Source: Octopus bimaculoides (taxonomy: Eukaryota). Taken from it: a stretch of 51,020 nt of DNA. The notes below the pieces were generated by a model. The model was not told the origin of the DNA. It did no database searches and worked only from the letters and a program-made list of their open reading frames with translations. Below, in pieces: positions 45,350-51,020 of the stretch (positions within the stretch are counted from its first letter, which is position 1; each line of letters starts with the position of its first letter). The translations under genes and the position numbers were made by a program. The stretch spans positions 54,820,166-54,871,185 of the forward strand of contig NC_068999.1 in the NCBI RefSeq assembly GCF_001194135.2. Direction: 5' to 3'.

Positions 45350-46024
45350 GTAGGCAATTATGGGGTGAATTTTAAGGCTTATAAATCTATTATTTTTCTA
45401 TCCTTCCTCAATACCGGTTCCCATATGCTATTCATATCTGCACTCGGTCTGCTTAGGAGGTTGTTGTGTCCTAGCATATGAGCTGCTTCTTTTAGTTTTC
45501 GTATTTTCCAGTGTTGTTCCCTGTCTATTATTTTAACTTCATCCCACAGGGGGAGGTGGTTTCCATTTTTCCATACATGATCAGCTATACCCGATTTATC
45601 AATATCTCCTCGTATCACAGCTTTGCGATGTTCTTCTACCCTTATTTTGAGGTAGATGTCAAAGAAGCACATCTTAACTCGTCTAGAAATATTCATTCAT
45701 TCACTGAAAGAGCTCAATTATATTCCTATTTTTTAATTTATAATCGTCTTCACATATAGCTAGCCACTCCAAGTTCGCTTTGTCGTTTTCACCAGTCTCA
45801 CACAGCTTTCAATAATAATTGTTTCACTCGACCGAATCATAGAATAACACAACTAAACCTATTTTTAAGGTATAATGCTGTCTTTGGTGCCTACGTCTGC
45901 AACAATTTTAAGGAGGTATGGAACGATTCAGCTCGTTTATATATATATATATAATAAAAAAACCTACACACTTCCTACATCTAACTGCATTGAGCGCTTC
46001 GATCTTCTTGTACCACAGAATAAA

Positions 46025-46360
46025 CAGGCATGGCTGTGTGGTAAGAAGTTTGCTTCCTACCCACATTGTTTCTGGCTCAGTCCTGTCTTCTACTATAGCC
46101 TCATATCGACCGAAGTCTTGTGAGTGGATTTGGTAGACAGAACTGAAAGAAACCTATCGTGTGTGTGTGTGTGCCCCATCACAGCTTGACAACCGGTGTT
46201 GGTGTGTTTACACCCCAGTAAACTAGCGGTTCGGCAAAACAGATCAATTGAATAAGTACCAGGCTTAAAACGTAAGCACTGGGTTGATTCGTTCAACTAA
46301 AATTCTTCAAAACCATGCTCCAGTGTGGACGCAGTCTAATGGCTGAAACAAGTAAAAGAT
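46025..46360 (+). mobile_element. tRNA-derived SINE
   Basis: 1605-1975 family. Confidence 0.85.
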
Positions 46361-46416
<56 letters not shown>

Positions 46417-47994
46417 GGAGAAGTGCTTGCTGTCACAGTACAATGCAATAATTCATTTCGGTCGAACCAGTAACATGTTTCCCCAGACATGTATCTTAGA
46501 CAGAAACTACCTATGAGGATCCGACTGGTTCGATTGTGGATAATGCCTGAGTCAACGAGAAGTACTCCTGCTTATTATTTGTGGCGTATTAACATTTGTG
46601 ATTCCATTTATCTATATACATACAATTAATTTATTCTATGCCATATACTATATATGAATAAAGTATGACACAACAGTAATTGAACTGAGCCGGAGGATTA
46701 CATCTACTTTTCTTCAGTTAATAGGTGTGTATGAATGCGAAATGCGGTTGAAGTTTTGAGAATCATGTGTCCACGGTAAGTTCAAATCAAAGAAAGTAAA
46801 GTATTGAAGTTAAAATACGAGGACAGAGAGAACACAAGACCAAAAGGACTAGTTGTGTGATGATTAACAGTAGTTTCTAGCAGTAACTGATGTTTATTTA
46901 GTAGAATGTCATTAGAGAGAGAGATACATACATACACACATATCATACACATCCATAGTGTATCCAAGATCACACACACACACACATATATATATATATA
47001 CATACACATATATATATTTAAAAAGATTTAGATAACTATCGAGCGATTCCATAGTGGATCTATTAAACGTTTATATAAATATCCATCACCTCATTAGCAA
47101 TTGAAATCTAAATTTAAGTTTAAAATGAATGAATATATATTCGAAATTGAACTTTCCATTCATCACAAGTTTGTGTTCATACTTCCACGCCTAAAATTAA
47201 CAATTATACGTAAATATATATATATACAGAGAATTTCCCCTATTCCCACCATTTTACACGCAGATACACCGATAAAGAGAGAAGTGGGACCCTATTTTCC
47301 TGTTTAGTATATCCCTCGAAAGGCTTATCTCCATTATAAAAAATTAATATAAGATGACAATAACGATGTTATGTTTTTCATTCTTGAAGACTATAGTTGT
47401 GTGTAAACATACACGTGTGCGTGTACTAAATTTACTAAGTCAAACGGTGCCAAGGAGACAAGTGTCTCTTTCAATAGTTTCCGTTATGTCAGAAAACACT
47501 GACAAACACACGTGTGTGTGTGTGTGTGTGAAAAACGGCGCACAAAATTATAAAACTCATGATCATGAATATTAAGCGAATTGCCTAATGCACAGACATG
47601 TGTCTGTATATCCCAGTGTGTTTGGAGCAAAAGACATCTAGATGCTGGTTAAATAGAAGTTAGAGTTAAGCTCGACCAGCATGAAGAAAACAGCCATAGC
47701 AAGAGTAGAGGTAATATGTGTGCAATAGTTTTAAAGCCAGTCTGTTATGAAAACAATGAAGAGAATGTTTCGTTGGATAGCTATCAAATGTAAAGGAGAC
47801 ACTACATTAATGACACTTTGCAAACGTGGAGTTGTTGATTACGGACAGGGATTGCTTTAGTAATGGAGGGGAAACCCCCCATCAGTTAGTGATGGTAATT
47901 AATTAGCAGTCGGTCGAGTTGCTTAGCTCTGATCGAAAAGACAGATCTATATTCAAAGATATTGTAGCCGAGATCATCCTGTTTTTAATTATTA

Positions 47995-48125
47995 CCATTA
48001 TTCAAATTCCGCCGAGGTCGACTTTGCCTTTCATCCTTTCGGGTTGATGTAATCGACTCATCCCCTCCCCCAAAATTGCTGCCCTTGTGACAAAATTTGA
48101 AACCATTATTATTATTATTATTATT
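47995..48125 (+). mobile_element. SINE fragment with (ATT)n tail
   Basis: TTCAAATTCCGCCGAGGTCGACTTTGCCTTTCATCC...TTGAAACC(ATT)n. Confidence 0.85.
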
Positions 48126-49079
48126 ATCTCGAACTACATCAATATCTAATGTGCCCTTTAAAAAAGAGAGATCGTAGGATACTGTTTATAGGAAACTTAG
48201 CAATCATTTCAAGCAGGTGAGTGATCAGGTACAGCTCGAGATTCCCTAGTTGGCTCCATAGTCTGGCAACTGGTGAATATCGAGAAACAAACACAAAGAA
48301 AACCCTTACTGATTTGATTTACACAAACAGTTGAAAGCACTTTCAGTTACTCTCGGCTTGTTTAATGTCTTAACAGAGATGTATGAATGTTACAACTTCC
48401 AGTTTTTACATACGATCCCCTCAGAACCCTCGTAAGTGTTCTCCTTGGTAAGAGATTCCTGAACGTGTCCATGGCTTTGCGAGGGACACGAATGGTGTTA
48501 AGTGACAAAGCTACAAAAGAAATTCGATTTGAAACTGGTCAAGAGAAGCAGAAAGAATTGTAGTAGTAGTAGTACCAAACCGATAAAGAGAAGCAGTCAC
48601 TGTACTATGTTAAAAGAGAGAAGAAGAAAAAAACCAACTGGAGGATGTGGTCTATTTAAAAAAATAAATTAAAAAAAGACAAGATGTTGACGGCTAGAAA
48701 CATGTCTGGCCACAGAATCTACTCAATCAAAGCCAATCTGGGGCTAAATAGCAACAACAATCTTAACTTTAAAAAAAATTATAATTCGAATGCCGCATAA
48801 GCAAGAAAAAAAATCTAGTGAGTCGAAACCGCGACCCAGTTTTCATTTCACACATACACACTGCTAAAGCTCTGCAGGGGGGAAAGCTTGACCGTCACAA
48901 CATCCCACTTCCCCTTCCGTGTTGTAAGAAATCAATTATCATAAATAGAGGGTATGATATAATGTATAGCAAATTACCACCAAGCAGACTCGTGACAAGG
49001 TTTCAATCCCTACTTAAAGCTTTTTATTTCATTTCACAAATATTTTGAGCCGAATGAAAACTCCTTTATCTGTGTTACA

Positions 49080-49460
49080 TGAGTTTAATTAAAGCATCAT
49101 CTATACAGTCGCTCGACCAGCTTTTGATACCATATTATCTTCAGATCATACTCTATCGTTTTAGAAATAAGAACATATCCCTAGATACAGTTTATCTGCA
49201 TGAAAAACGTAATGGTCACGATTTGACTGTTTTTGATCATATGCCTGATCGAGCAGGACTGACCTGGTGCCAAATAACCACACCAACTATATCAACCACC
49301 ACCCAACAAGGGGAAGCAAAACCTTTGAATCACACCCAACCGTCTTAGGAGAGACAGAGCAATGTAGACTAAGTAGCCCCAAAAAGACAGGATGGTCACG
49401 GCTGAAATACTTTTGATCAAATGTTTCAACCAGAGCTGACTGGAGACTAAATAACAACTA
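49080..49460 (-). repeat. Several tandem fragments of the GGCTGCTATTTCTAG/GGTCACG repeat family
   Basis: GGTCACG...TTTTGATCA...GACCTGG motifs recur. Confidence 0.55.
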
Positions 49461-49781
49461 TCACCCATAGCAAAGCTTTAAGAATGGTGGTAGAGCTTCT
49501 ATTTCGAAGATAAGAACGGGACAAGACAGTTGAGGAAGGAAGAAGTGAAGAAAGAATCAGAAGTTTCAAGAAACAAACAATAATCTGTTGATAATAATAA
49601 TAATCGTCATAATAAAAAAATAATAAATCTACTGATAGGAAAGCAACGATATATAACAAAACAATGAATCTATCAAAATATTTAAACTTTGTTTTATAAT
49701 TGCTTTGTGTGCATTGTATGTATGTTTGTGTTTATGTGTATATGTGCATGCTTTAGAGTATGTGGGACTGTGTATGGTCTC

Positions 49782-49820
<39 letters not shown>

Positions 49821-50521
49821 TGCACACATGCTTCATTGTGTGTGCATTCGTAAATTTATGATGGATGTATGTGTTCATATAGTTTTTTGTTTTTTTTTTC
49901 GTGGGCACACACGTACGATGTGAGTTCATATGTATGAATGCGTGTATTTATATATAAGTTTGGAAGTGAATTTGGTATATATATGTGAGCGTATATTCGT
50001 TTCCCATAGAAAGATGTTAATATTTAATTTCGCACGAGTTTGAGCAAATATAGGTGCGTATATGTATTTATATATAATGAGTGCGATTGGGTATATGTAA
50101 TTAATGAAATTAACAACAAAAAAAAAGAAGGAAAAGAGCAAGCAAATAAAAGAATCTTTAAAATAATTTCCTCGTTGGTTTATATATTATTTTACTTTGC
50201 TTTTAAAATTTTCATTCCGTAGTTTCCTTTTCATTATTTTAAGTTGTGTATGTAAAAAAAAAAAGTAAACAAAATTTATGCAGTTCAATAAGTTAATTGA
50301 GCAAACAAATCAAGTTAAGCAATCACAAACAAACAATAAAGGAAGGGGTTTATTATTATTCCGACCCCTTGATTTTGCTTTACAATATCTAAATCAACTG
50401 AAGAATTGTACTTACACTGCGATGTGTCTGAGATAAAGGGACTGATATATATGAATTATATATATATATATAATATATCCAAGGCTTGCTAACTAGGGTC
50501 TGTATGAATATAAGTGTGGGA

Positions 50522-50552
<31 letters not shown>

Positions 50553-50789
50553 TTCTCAGTATATATATGTATATAAAGTTACTAAATATATATATATGTA
50601 TATATATGTATCACTTTCGCGCTCCCACACTACACTCTATCCTCTCCTTTATGTCCGTCTCTGGCGATTTATTCCTGTCTACCTCAGGTGAGACATGACA
50701 ACTGCAGGCTGGCAAAGGTGCACCGCCAACTCGAGCTCTGTTCCACACACTCTCTGTGTCTTCGGCTAGTTCACTCTCCCTCTTTCACT

Positions 50790-50910
50790 CACTCTCTATA
50801 TGTGTATTCCTTTCACTCACTCCCTATATGTGTATTCCTTTCACCCACTCTCTTTGAGGGTATTCCTCTCTCTCTCTCACTCACTCACTCCCTCAGTGGG
50901 TATTCTTCCC
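50790..50910. repeat. Short tandem repeat, ~28-bp unit (TATATGTGTATTCCTTTCACTCACTCCC), two good and two degenerate copies
   Basis: Read directly. Confidence 0.7.
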
Positions 50911-51020
50911 TTTCTGTCTCTCGCTCTCTGCGTCTTTCTTTCGCTTTCTCTATCTCTTTCTCACTCACTCATTTTGTGTATTTCAATGTGTGTATGTGTA
51001 TATATATATATATATATATA

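Larger units (their letters stand above)
45060..45660 (-). mobile_element. 5'-truncated Penelope-like retroelement: GIY-YIG endonuclease C-terminal part plus 3' terminal region
   Basis: ORF 45379-45655: LKIRVEEHRKAVIRGDIDKSGIADHVWKNGNHLPLWDEVKIIDREQHWKIRKLKEAAHM..., the typical PLE RxxEH...SxxAxH...(R)xxxEaxxI motifs. Confidence 0.9.

Overview
This is AT-rich, repeat-dense eukaryotic DNA from a draft assembly with five N gaps. The SINE, MITE and microsatellite content looks like an octopus genome (inference from repeat families, not a database match). Almost all ORFs in the supplied track are microsatellite or gap artefacts, and no bacterial-type systems, rRNA genes, intact tRNA genes or CRISPR arrays are supported. 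What the sequence does support is: many tRNA-derived SINEs; degenerate Tc1/mariner, hAT-like and piggyBac-like MITEs; LINE remnants (CR1/L2, RTE, R4/Dong); and a Penelope-like element (PLE) 3' end carrying a tRNA-like Pol III cassette and a minimal hammerhead ribozyme. The most interesting signal is a run of very short (7-60 nt) AG/GT-bounded segments on the minus strand between about 34.6 and 13.3 kb. The first nine splice in frame into a signal-peptide-like N-terminus (MENLRVHAYSTGGMAHLRYCVVILYMFLTLKAVSSSEKKRVWLEHIAYK...), i.e. a candidate micro-exon gene. It sits in a CpG-depleted block (about 4-33.7 kb) bounded by CpG-rich regions. The gene model was built by eye and needs RNA-seq; a competing plus-strand exon chain is also reported.
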